A stretch of 53,716 nucleotides of DNA, filler included, from Bipalium vagum (lineage: Eukaryota), in the NCBI GenBank assembly GCA_037834085.1. It is 3 parts of 3 records of this genome, joined end to end, with 100 filler letters (N's around TTAATTAATTAA, not from the genome) between each part and the next. Parts side by side here need not be neighbours in the genome. Positions count along the whole stretch, not along the records: positions 36,956 to 53,716 come from JBBMKC010095337.1; 2 more parts are not named here. One strand, 5' to 3'. Shown here one piece after another: positions 37,420 through 49,746 of this stretch (its first letter is position 1; every line of letters begins with the position of its first letter). Under the pieces are notes generated by a model. The model saw only the letters and a list, made by a program, of their open reading frames with translations. It ran no database searches and had not been told where the DNA came from. The position numbers and the translations under genes are program-made.

Positions 37420-38260
37420 CGCCGGGAAAACACAAACCAATTATTTATTGTTTTGATTATAAAAAGTTTATCACAAACCTAAAAGGTTCAAGAAGATGAT
37501 AAAGATAATTTAAATACTAAAAGAAAAATCCAAAATCAAAGTTTATGCTTTAAAAAGGAATTAAAATTTCATAGCAGATTTAAAAGAGAAGATTAATACC
37601 GATAGCTTCAAAATTATGAACGGAAATGAACATGGCCAATTCAACAGTTAGTTTAGCAAAAAATACCTTGTGTCAACCGACTAAGACATATCTTAACGGA
37701 GAAGTCAAGTCAAGTCGTAGACCTAAGGCACATGATTTACTTAATAACATGAAGCTCTGGGTTTTTTAAAGTTCTCAGATGAAAAATACTTCAGTCAAGA
37801 TAGGAAATTTAATCGGCATTTTAAGTTTCCAGTATTCTTTATGGTGTTAGCTGTCATATCTAGTGACGATGATGTTATGTGCTCTCACTTTTTATAAAAT
37901 GCCTAACAATCAATGCAAAAAAATATATCAACAAACTAGGGATGGTTATGATATCTTGGATCGACAAGGTTGTCTGCGAGAATAAACAGGACTGCTTCAG
38001 CTCATAAGGCAATTAACGTTCAGACATGAGTTTATTAAAACCAAGCATTGATCATCTGATTTGTGGCCTTTTTATTATCTATATAGTGTAGCTTGAACAC
38101 AGGTCCGAACAAAGCTCACAATACTATAAAGTCGTACATGATGATGTTAAAAATATGTCACGTTTGAATGGGCAAAGGGTAAAGGAAGCATGTTACAGGA
38201 TATGGTCTGGGGTAAAAGCGGTTGTGGAGGCTAATGAAGGACAAATCAGGAGTTTCATAA
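37420..38260 (+). mobile_element. Decayed maT/DD37D-like transposon
   Basis: SSDEKYFSQDRKFNR, KFPVFFMVLAVISSDDDVMCSHF, LTINAKKYINKL..VMISWI and VKEACYRIWSGVKAVVEANEGQI. Confidence 0.75.
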
Positions 38261-38719
38261 TGTTGCCTACCACTTTTTATTTTATTTTGATTCTTCCATT
38301 AACATTGTTTTTCTTGTACAAAATCTCTTGAATAATATCGAACGCTGTGTATTGTATTGTTTTCATTTCTTTTGGTCACTTTGAATTATCAGAAATTAAT
38401 TAATTAGATAAATATTTTATTATTAAAAAAGAATTAAAAATCCTAAATGCTTAGCAACAGAACTCATTCTCAAAATAGTTTAATTGAAATTTGACTCCGT
38501 TTTTCTGTAATATCAGATTATTTAGAGTTCGATTAAGTTTTGTATGAAATATTTAATTTAAACAAATCTTCAAAATAAATCTTTTTAATTTCGTAATGTA
38601 AATTTAAATATTTGTTTTAATTGAATATATTCGTACTCCCCAGAAATCAGTCTACAAAACTTTATGTTGTGCTTATGTCACATTTGTTATTAGATAATAT
38701 TAAATTGATTTGGTCGGTG

Positions 38720-39890
38720 CACAATGTATCACTGAAAAAAATTTTTACCTTTTTTTATTCAAACATTAATTAGTAAGATTTTGGCAATTGTTTTTAATAA
38801 TCATTTGTCATCTCTTTAGTAACTTCATAATCTCATTTTTGTAGAAGTCTTGGGATTTGAGAAAATCAAGTTTTAAAACTTTCATAATTTTCCATTAAAA
38901 TAGTTCTGATTAGATCCAAACTCATAATAAGGTGCCTTCTCTGGAGAATGTTTAAGATGATAACACCCTAAGTAGTTCAGTTCATGAAGAGTCAGTGTGG
39001 TCTTGCATTATCTAGTGAAAAATTACCTTGTTTCTATTGACCAAATGTTTTTCTTCAATTTTCACAATGGAGTTCAGAATTTAAAGTTTTGTTGCTTGGT
39101 AGAAATTCATGATGAGTTGTTTCCGATCAGTCTTACTACATACGTAACATTATTTTTTTGGTTTTTTCATTTTGTTTTTCAATACGGTTTCCGTTGTGTA
39201 TTATTAAACGAAATGCACTTTATGTCTTCTGTAATAATTTATTTTATTTCTTTAAGCAAAGAAATACAAGCTGAAATACGGGGAAATGTGTCTCCCGATA
39301 ATGCATGTCAAACCAAAATATTGAGAGAAAAGTATTGTCGCTTTCATATACTAACTTTATAGCAAAAATATTTTAAGATATCGACTCATATTTATATTTA
39401 TTGATAAATAATAATAAGATAGGTAACCTTCTATTAAATTTAAACTTTATTTTATTATTTTAGGCTTTTTATATTAATATAAAACGCTGTTTAACAGACA
39501 ATGACGACGACTCAAATTAGAACTTGCTTACTTTATGAATATAAGTTAAAGAAAAATGCATCAGAGGCTGCACGAAATATTTACCAAGCATGGGGTAAGG
39601 ATTCAGTTACTAAATTATTATATTATTACTACTATAATACTAAGTTTATCCATCTTGTTGATGTTAAATCCATTCAAGTTTAGCAAACCTTAAGGTAAAA
39701 TTTCTGTTTGTTAAATCGAGGTTATTTTCAATTATGATGACCAACCAGAAGAGGTACGATTTTTAAAACTGATATCACCAACAGAAAAATTTGTAAACCA
39801 TCCTGGACACCGAAAATAATTAATGGATTTATTTCATTATATTCTAATTTTCATTAGGATTTTCATTCGGTAAATCTCTGTTCAACCCAA
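38720..39890. mobile_element. Two mariner fragments (38720-39200 on -, 39501-39890 on +)
   Basis: On -: LVNRNKVIFH*IMQDH and ILQRRHLIMSLDLI remnants. On +: HTH MTTTQIRTCLLYEYKLKKNASEAARNIYQAWG and TIR-like CTCTGTTCAACCCAATA (about 39876-39892). Confidence 0.7.
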
Positions 39891-41221
39891 TATTAGGACT
39901 TGGTTTTCTTTTTATCATTCGAAAAATATTTATTTAATTTATAGTTGATTTCACTACACTATTTAGATAGCAAAACTTTGTTTTAATGGAGTTCAAACGA
40001 ATTATGGATTCTCTATTGACTCAGATAAATTGGGCATCAAAACTAGTTTCCTGTTTTTTGTCAATAAGCCTTTAAAACATATTTTCATAATCTCCTTTTC
40101 CATTTTTCTTTTTATTATCTTGTCCTAGATTAATGTCTATTTAGAATAAAATTAATTTATTTTCAGTTTTAAGGCTATAATAAAAAAATAGCGAAAAAAT
40201 CGAAATTGCAAAACTTTTATTATATAAAAATAATAATTTTATTATTAATAATAAATAAATAAAAAAAAATTTTGAAAAAAAATTCGATTTTTATTTTTTA
40301 TTTTATTTTTATACATGTTTTTCTCGGAAATTTCTTACAGGATTTTTCCTAATCAACGTTACACCCTGATAAATTTATCTCCTTGGTTATGTTTTACAAA
40401 TTATAATAAGAAGAAATCCTCTCTGTACATGATCACGATTTTCTCGAAATTAGTTAAAGGATTCACATGAAATGAAATCCGTGATGGAAATAAAATATAA
40501 ATATAATATAAATTATTTCGTCACTGTCAAATAATATCTCTCACAAATTTCCCAGCATTTGTTAATTGAAGATTTCCAAGATTGTTTCAATGAGGAAAAT
40601 GCGAATGATTGCACATTAAACAGGGGATCCCAAGATCGGTAAGGTCATAGTCAATCGTCAAAGTAAGCAATAATCCCAGGACATCATATCGAATTTGCAA
40701 TAATTAAAATATTCACATTTGTGAAAATTTAGCTTAAATTTATTTTATTTTATTATTTTATTTATATTTGAAGTTTTTTCGATTAGACTTCTTCTCGGCT
40801 TGTGGAATAACATTTTAAGTCTAGTCTGAAATAAATTTATTTAAAAACCTGAGATTGAGTATTATTTTTTTGTCTCAATAAAATCCTTTATTGTGATTGG
40901 TTGCATTTGTGAGTTAATTTTTGCGTGGGCGTCGGTTCTTTTTTTAACTGCATTTTTGTTAAAAAATTAATTAAAGAATATTATTTTAAATGGCATAAAA
41001 AATTACAATAGCCGATGTTCTCGATAAACAACCAATCATTTTTGAAATATTTCAGGTGAAAACGGAATATGAAAATGAAGTAAGATGTCTGCTGCATCAA
41101 GATACCCTGAGGCTGAAACAGTTTCATAGAAAGGTAATCATTAGTTTCTTTTCATTAATAATATTTCCTTGTTCAATTTTTCAAAATGAATTTTTGATAT
41201 TTTCTAAAAACTGAAATAAAG

Positions 41222-44200
41222 ATACGGAGAAGACAGTGATTTGAAGGATGCCTGTCAGGAGATATACAAACGAATTAGAACATACTTAGCAAATTCAGAA
41301 TTTTTGCAATGGTATTTGGGGATTGGTGTTATAATAATGAAACATTTTTTATAAAAACATTAGTAAAAATATGGTTCAATTAAAAGAATTCCAGAAATGA
41401 CCTTTGTGTGGATTGCTGAAAGTATGTATCAGCCCACTGGATGTCGCTAAAAGAATGAGGATATAAACTAGGGCCCTTGAAAATGGTGAGAATTAAATGG
41501 TATCGGAATGAATTAAAATTTCGACAGACAAATTGAATCTGATCGTCATTTGAAAATCAATATTAAGCAAAAATCATCTTTGATTGTAAGTGTAAGAGGA
41601 AGTCGTTTATAAGTCAGTTTCCAAACTCAGAAAAAAAAGAATTAAGAACAAGAAATTAAATGGCTCATTACGTGCTGACAGAAGAATAGTATTGGACTTT
41701 GAATATAAATAGAGCTATCCTTCCATCAGACTTTTTCTTGGACATTATCACAGAATGGATAGGTTACATGGGGGTCGTCTTCAACATTTAGTTGATAGGT
41801 GACGGAATATCTTATGGATCGTCGAATCTGGATTTAGACTAGATTTTCATGATAGCGGTATTCGAGTTAGACGATTGAAAATTGAACGCATTTTTTGTTA
41901 TTCAAGGTAATAAAAGTATCCTGTCATACTCCTTACCAATTGTTGAATAGAATAATTTGATGTTACAACATGATAATCATAGATCTCATAAAGCTAGGAT
42001 TATGATGTCTGAATTGGATGCAATTGTAGTTCTTCTATGGCCTGAAAAATGTCCAATAAAACTATTGTGAAATGAATAAAGACACCGCTAAAGGAATAAT
42101 TACAAGGTATCCAACATTAATGTAAGCTAGCTTTCAAATAGAATGTGCGGATTTCTGTTTCACAAGCAAGAATTCATCATGCAATTCATAGAAAACCTAA
42201 AAGGCTTGGAGGATATATAAAGAAATACAGTGCTCATATCTAATTTAGAATTTTTGAGAATTTCAAAAGGGACCTTCTTTAGGGCAAAATATTGATTGTT
42301 AACTGATTCAGTTCAACTTGAATATTTTTTAAAAACTTCATAATATTTCAAAATCTAGTGATCTACTTATAATAAAAAATAGATTATAAGAGCCCAGCAA
42401 AAATTGTATAGAAATTTGAAAAAATTATTTAACGAAAGAAATTAGAAAGAAAACAATTTACATCGGAATTTATGAAAAATAATAATAGTGAAGTGAGACC
42501 CGTGGAAATGTAAAACAATATCTGCAATTTTAAATGGTATTGAAATTAATGCGTTTAAACAAACATGTAATCAATAAACATATTATCAAGTTTGAATATA
42601 TAAAACCGACATTATTTTCGTACTAATGTGATAAAATGAAAATTCTATTTCAATCAAATAAAAAAGAGTAATTTTCAAATTAAAACAATTTCTCACAGTT
42701 TAATAAAAAACGCCGAAAAAAGATAAAATAATTATTTCTTTACTTTTCCGCATTTAATTCCCAATTCAGCGAAAGATTTCGGACAATAAAGTACCAAAAA
42801 TAAAAGTGCAAAAAATCACCAGCTTCACTTTTTTATGAACCTGCAAATTAAGAATCTGAAATGTTCATAATATTTATTTTATTATTAATTAGTCAAGTAA
42901 AAAATTTATTGAGAGATGGGAAATCGTAGTCCAATATAAAATGTTTGTGAAAGAAATAAAAAAAAAATTATAAAAGTGGTGATTTCTTAAATTCATTCCA
43001 TTGAGGCTAAATAGATTTAAAATAAAATAATATATAAATAAAAAATTATAAATACAATGTAATAAATAAATATATTTGAAAATATAATATATTATTAGAA
43101 AAATAATAATATTAAAATTAAAAATCAGTATTTTTTTCAATTAAATTATAAAATTGTTTTTATGTCTAGAAAATCTGTCTACTTTAGTCAATGCATTTTT
43201 TACACAAGCCGATTATATTATTTATTTATTTATATTTAATAATTCAAAGTAAACTAATAATATAAATAAACTTAATATAAATAAATTCCAATCGAAAAAG
43301 AACGAACTCGAGTTCTTTTTGTGGTGAGTCATGATATTATCTCTTTATAACTGCTTCTAAATGATGGGTTATCGCAGAGTTTTTCACCGTTGTTTGAAAT
43401 CATCGAAAATAAAGAGTTGATAATATATATTTATTCGATAATACAAAAATGTTTAAGTTTTTTTATATGAAATATTTTAAAAAATAATATTTATTTAATA
43501 TCCAACTTTAATTAAAAATTTTAATTAAACTCTAAATATTGCCTCAAATATTTATTTTTAAAAATAACATTATTAATTAATAATAATTATAATATTGTAA
43601 TAAATAATAATAATATTATTATTATTATTAGAAAAATATTAAAATATTAATAAAATAATAATAATAAAAATAAAAAAAAATTGTTTGAATTAACAGAAAA
43701 ATAAATTTTATCTTTTGAAATAAGACTCGTTCATTATTAATAAATTTAAATAAATAAAATAAACATTATGAAAATTTATTTATATATTTAAAATATTAAT
43801 TAAAAAAATTTATGGTTACAGTTTGCAATCCAGCAATTGCAATGTGCAACATTTTATAATTTATTATTTCTCTGACGATTTCCAGGCTATGTTATCCTCC
43901 AGCTACGCAGCGGGAGTCTTTGCATGGCATGGTTTATTATAAATTTATTTGATATTTTCCAGAAATTTGCCAGTAATAAAAAAGAAATTCCAACGGTTTA
44001 TTATTGACAATAAAACAAAGTACTTTGACTAAAATAGAACTTTTTATCAATGTTGAGGAACGTCGGTGCAAAAATTTCCATTACATAAGGAAACCAGATC
44101 CACTCGGCTGGCACGACTAGTATAACATATTTGATCTCTGTAACGAAACCCCCGGGACAACAAAAATAACGGAGAGAAATGGGGGGGGAGAAATTTCCAA

Positions 44201-45012
44201 CACAAAGATCATGCCAGTGACAAAAACCGATCAGTTCATTATCGTTTTCAGCAATTATTAATAAAAACAATAATTATCTAAATTAAAACACATGTCGTTG
44301 TGTACCACCGCTGGTGGAACGGCCAATGGGGTCTGTAGCTGCCATTTGGCCAAAAGCAATTTTTCAAGACATTTCATCCTAATATGTTTTTAATTGGAAA
44401 AATGAAAGCTTTGACAAAGATAAATTGAATTTATTTTCACAGACAATACCAGTGAAAGTGTTGCTTTTCACCGACCTGGTGATCTTTGCAAAGCCAATCA
44501 AGAAGAACCAGCAGTGTCGTCTGCAGCTGATCGATCATCCAATAACTCTGGATCAATTAGTGATCTACGACTCTCATATTGTGACAGGTCAGTGTTATCG
44601 TTGCAATTTATCTACATCATTATACCACTATATATCCATATAAACTATATCTATATAAACTATGTACCCAAAAGCGATCTGCATTAATAAACGATCCAGC
44701 CAACTATGTATGAGTGAAATGTATAATAAATGTATATATCATCACCGATCGCAGTGGGGACAGGAATTGCGAAATGCCTTCGACAGTTGTTCGATAAACA
44801 ATTTCCCCAGTGAAAATAAACAATGTGCTAATTTTGATGGACTGTATTATTTACCTTTGAATTTTGTCAGCCACACGACTGACGACGGTCTTTTCGTGGA
44901 CCTCAATTAATTCAATGAAAACAACATTGGCTGTTTTTATCAATTATTTTTCGAACAGTTTTTTCCTTCTGGAAAACAAATGAGGAAAAAATCACTGTCA
45001 GACATCTCTTGA
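41222..45012 (+). CDS. DH-PH Rho guanine nucleotide exchange factor (PLEKHG5/6/7-like), 3' exons; 5' exons unresolved
   Basis: Hand-built exons 41222-41311, 43886-43931, 43963-43995, 44038-44065, 44090-44139, 44443-44587, 44871-44932 and 44959-45012 are phase-compatible. They give YGEDSDLKDACQEIYKRIRTYL (DH terminal helix), WLCYPP, and PH strands VKVLLFTDLVIFAKPIKK..LQLIDHPITLDQLVI. Further candidate exons 40556-40638 and 41056-41133 do not phase cleanly, so a pseudogene is not excluded. Confidence 0.65.
41450..42250 (+). mobile_element. Decayed Tc1-like element inside a RhoGEF intron
   Basis: MLQHDNHRSHKARIMMSELDAIVVLLWPEKCPI (QDN..H / WP..SPD.NPIE region) and a C-terminal remnant. Confidence 0.6.
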
Positions 45013-46207
45013 TATATTTGGGATGGTGATGGATGGAATTTATGGAAGATGTCAAAAGGACAAGGGTCTGTTTTTCTGGTGTAGAAAGGAGTTGATGACG
45101 AGTCCAGTTGACTAATTCAACTTTTGCGCACTGAGAGTGATGAGGGGTATTACAAAAAAAATTGGAGGGTTTCACTGAATTAAAGTAACGATTTAAACAA
45201 CTGTCCGTATGGGCATATATTCTCTCTGAAACCTTTTATTATTAGTGTAACAATTTCATAAATGATGAGAGTAAATATTTAAAAAAAAATCCCGCTCTAT
45301 ATTTTCTAAAAAAATCGATGTCTGAAAGTTCAACAGATGTGCTATCGGCTTTCTATTTTTTCTGATCTGATCAACGGTTTTCCGATATTTTTGATCCGCC
45401 TCTTTCTGATTGGTTGAAAATGACAGAATAATATTTTATTTATTGCATCACCAATGTAAAAATAGATTTTTAATCAATATTTTCTGAGATAAAATCACAT
45501 TTTAATTAATTAATTAATTAATATTTTTCTTAAATAATTCTCATGGAAAAAAATGAGCAAAAATGTTTCTTTTGATTAAAATTGAGTCAGATAAAAATGG
45601 TAGCGAAATTAAATTTCTAATTTTAATGGAATCTAAATTTGTCCCCATCCAATTGATATTTTCCGGAATTCAATTGTCACTGGTAAGGGAAATAATTCAC
45701 ATAATTATCTCCTTCGACAGTCGGTTAAAACAAAACCTTTGTGTTATGTTCACTTATCTTTTTCATTTAATAATATCGACCGGATCTCTAATCAATAAAC
45801 CGGTTTCAAAATAATGATGAATTTATCTCTATGTTCCATCATATTCTTGTCCAACAGTAAAAATGTTATTTATTATCTGTACATTTGTGAGATCTCTGAA
45901 GTTACTCATGGTGCACCTGGTATTAGAACCAGAAATATCCGGTCAATTACATTGTTTAAATATTCTATGAATAATACCTAGTGTAGCAGTAAGTTTGAGA
46001 AATCAGATACCTTAAGTGATCTCCACGTTTTATATCTGACATAATCATAAAATAAGACATTGAACCACTATAAATCACTTGAATAAATCTAAATTATTGA
46101 TTTTGTTAAAATAGGGAAATTATCGCTCGCTGATTTAATATGGTTTTAAATATGGCTTTACAACATAAAAATGTCTTGATCGACTTAATTTAAGTTTTAG
46201 GAATGAA

Positions 46208-46336
46208 TCACCATCAAAGAGTTGCGCTTACCAAAGGTTCGCAGAATACCAAAGTGCACGCAAATTCACTCTACAGAAATTTGCATGCACTTTGGTATTC
46301 TGCGAACCTTTGGTAAGCCCAACTCTTTGATGGTGA
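46208..46336. repeat. Near-perfect hairpin: 59-bp arms, 11-nt loop
   Basis: 46208-46266 versus 46278-46336 match at 57 of 59 positions as reverse complements. Confidence 0.95.
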
Positions 46337-46779
46337 AATGATTGATAGAGATCGATATATAACATACCGTGAAATTGAAGATTCCGTTGAAGTTAAAATG
46401 AAAGTACCTGAAACCATTTTGCACTACTATTTGAAGGTACCAAAACTTTGCATTCATTATGACCGAAAAATAATTTCGTGTTAAATGGTGCTAAAACAGT
46501 TCAAGAAATTAACAGAGGTCCTTAAAATCTTTTTTACAACATGGTCAATGGTGATGTAAAGTGTATTTATTATTAGTACGACCTTGAAGTATGCATCATC
46601 CACTTTTTGGATATTTAAAAGTGAATCGAAATCAACAAAACTTGTTTGATCTCACAGTACAGCAAAAAATGTATCTCAGTGGTCAGAGAAGTCCATGCGC
46701 ATGTGAAGGTCTCGGGTTTGAATCCCGGTATCTCCGAATACTTTTCAATTAACAGAGATTTTTTAATAAGCATCCATAT

Positions 46780-47540
46780 TTTGTTTTATCACCTTCGAAA
46801 TAGGCTCAATCTGAAGCGACAACAACGGTTAATCCAGTCATCCATATTTGAGTTCCTGAAGCGAATTTCTCTGCATGTCTCCAATCGAACGAAAATGGTT
46901 ATTCACGAATGTAAATACATTTTTGAAAAAGAAAAGAATTCACAGTGTCATATCAGGACCGTGTGGAGCTTGTTGAACGTTATTTTTTGCTTTTAACTGA
47001 AAACTGTAGCACAAATTTTGCATTGTGTTAATGGTCATTATTATGGTGAAAAATTCATGAAATCTTTCCGCTTATGACGAATATTTTCAAGTTAACTTTT
47101 CATAAAGTCTAGGTAATGATCCTTGTTGACTCTCTGACCCTCCATGAGATATTCACGATAGTTAAAGAAATCTGTTAGGTTTACCTTAATTTTGAACAAC
47201 TTTTTTCTATGTACTTTGTCCATCTGTCAACTAACTTCTGCATTTCTTTAGCAAAGAAGTTTTTGTCTTTTGCTTTCAAGAAATCTTACATCGCATCATC
47301 ATTGTGGAAATGTTTTTCTTGTAATTCCTCTTTCATGGGCCTAAATAGGTAATAGTCACATGGTGGCAAATCTGGGCTTTATGGAGGAGGTTCCCATAAC
47401 TCAAAATTTAAATTTCTCAGGGTCTGCATTGTCAGTTGAGCAATATGCGGCTTTTCATTGTCATGCAGAATAATTACGCCTCCAGAGATCATTCCTCAGC
47501 GTCTCAGCAAATTATTTAATCGAAATCCTGAAAATTGGAA
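46780..47540 (-). mobile_element. Two tandem mariner C-terminal fragments
   Basis: 47185-47540: LHDNEKPH..EPPP*SPDLPPCDYYLFRPMKEEL..KLVDRWTK. 46780-47185: IFHHNNDH*H and QQAPHGPDM/CEFFSF remnants. Confidence 0.8.
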
Positions 47541-48409
47541 TTGAATTATGAAGATACCTCAGTGGTGGCAGAGATAATGATTGAAAACAGTGATCAATAT
47601 CTAATTTCATTGATTAATGGTTCACTTTATTTATTTACAATTATTATTTTCCAAAAAATCAATATGGTAATTTTATTACTTAATTTAAACAAAAAATCAC
47701 ATTTTAATTGTAAAAATAATTAACAACGGGGTTCAAAAATTAACAATGGGTGTGGATAATTAAATCGAAATATTTTGAGACAGAAATAGCACAATTTTCT
47801 AACTTTGTGATATTTAGTGAACCAGAACCGGAAAAAGTGCACAAGAGATTTGGGAACTTATTAGGACTTGTCAATAGTCTTTTATCAACCAGAATATCCT
47901 ATTGAAAGCAAAAAATCTTGATAAATAATTTTTCACAGTTTTGCTGGGAAAAATTCCTAGGAAAAAGTTGCGAAATGCTAGAATTGTTTTTTTCCATTAA
48001 TTATTTAAATTTCGACAATTAATTTTATTTTTTTTTGTTTTCGATCATTAAAACTTTCCAAAAACTAATTAAACATATTTTACTTTAATCGAATTTGTTC
48101 CCGTCCTAATCATTAATGTCCATTAAAATATTTTTTTGAAAAAAAAGAAAGAAAAATAATCATTTGATTAAAACAAATTTTTATTAAATTTAAAAATATT
48201 TTTTAACTTTATCAACCTTTATCATCATGTTACTCTCTAAATTGTGGCACTTTTGGGTACTGGTGATACGGTTATTAATATGTATTACTGGAATTTACCC
48301 ATATAGTTTTGAAGAGATGGTAAATATCATAAATAATTAGCAATTATTTTTTCCTAATTAGACATTGATGAAATTATAACAAATATCATGTGACTATTAG
48401 GATAAATAG

Positions 48410-48426
48410 TAATAATAATAATAATA

Positions 48427-48467
<41 letters not shown>
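48410..48467. repeat. Palindromic (AAT)n(ATT)n microsatellite
   Basis: AAT repeats switch to ATT repeats at about 48428. Confidence 0.9.
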
Positions 48468-48468
<1 letters not shown>

Positions 48469-48495
48469 AGAAAAAAATATTTGCTTTCCTTACTC

Positions 48496-49648
48496 AGGAC
48501 GTTCTTTAATCGTTCTTCTTTCGTCCTTATATGAATGATTTTTTCTGATAAGCTCTCGATTTTGACACTTTATGACCTGATTGGTCGGTGAGGACAATAA
48601 ATGCAGTTCTCAGAACTGGAAAGCTTAGAAATATTTTGAATTTGAGAAACTAATTTCAATTTGTTAAAATAAATGATTATTTCTATGGAACGAGAAATAT
48701 TTAACTGAATAATGTGAGTCACTATGATTTTCTACGGCAAGGATTGTGCGCGAGCCCCTGTCAAATTTGGTGACTTACGTGTGATTTAACTCAAACCGTC
48801 CAGCAAGGAAACGGAGCTGAAATTGGCTTCAAGTGTTATATATTTCGTTTTAGTAATTAGCTGATCGACTGTCACTAATTTTTTCAATATCATTCACTTT
48901 GTATTCATATTCATTCAGCTATTATTGTCGAAAGGAATGTTGAGTTGAGACAATATTTTATTTTTGTGGTGTGATTTGAGACATTTTAAGAGTTTTATTT
49001 GGTGTTCTGAAGCATTACATAATTGCGAGACATTACAGTTGTTGAATTTATTGTGTTTCGATCTAATAAAAGTTTTAGACTCTTTCTTGTTTGTTTTCTT
49101 CTTTAAAAGGGTGTTTGTAATTAACCGACTCAATTATTAGATTTTGCAATCTGATAATTAAGGAGTCTTGATTAAAAAAATATTAATATTAAGATAAAAT
49201 TACAACTAAAATCAGATGAGTCTAACGTTCAGGTCTTTGTTCAAGCCTTCCTCCATTCCCGAATGTCTCACATTTGCTTCTAGCTGCCTCAGCTGCTTAT
49301 TTCTATAATAAACTGGAGCAATAATACCCAACATATTTTTATGATCTACCAAATAATTTTCATAAGCTGAGTTAAAATTAGTTTTAAAACAATCAACTTG
49401 AAAAATTATTTATTGATTGATTGATTTTTGTTTCATTGTTTAATTATTGTATATTTAGTGAACTTAAACATACCGAAAGTATGTAATAAATAAAAATAAA
49501 TTACATTTTTTATTGAAAAATAATATATATCCGATATTTTATTACCGAAAATATTTTAGAAAACGATCAATGCCTGTTTCTGGCAGAAATAAATCATTTC
49601 AACTGCATTTCGAATATTTACAAATTGTCCTCTGACAAAAGCTCTAGC
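48496..49648 (-). other. Candidate exon blocks of an unidentified minus-strand gene or pseudogene
   Basis: AG/GT-bounded higher-GC blocks: about 49546-49647 (ARAFVRGQFVNIRNAVEMIYFCQKQALIVSKIFS), about 49227-49312 (YYRNKQLRQLEANVRHSGMEEGLNKDLN) and about 48496-48578 (VIKCQNRELIRKNHSYKDERRTIKERP). They could not be joined into one ORF. Confidence 0.3.
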
Positions 49649-49746
49649 CTGAAAAATTCGGTGAAAGCATTTTTGAAAAAGTTCAATTTTGCTAAAGTTG
49701 ATTTGAATGTTTGATAATAAATTAAATTAAAAACTTCTCCATCCAG

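Noticed and set aside
42889-43140. Hydrophobic I/F/Y/N-rich ORFs (also 5308-5505, 18560-18886, 50699-50917)
   Set aside because: Low-complexity translations of AT-rich non-coding DNA, or antisense to other features.
45020-45145. Several in-frame TGA codons suggesting stop-codon reassignment
   Set aside because: The intact lectin uses TGG for Trp and needs no recoding, and a tiny-intron model ends the RhoGEF at 45012 without read-through.
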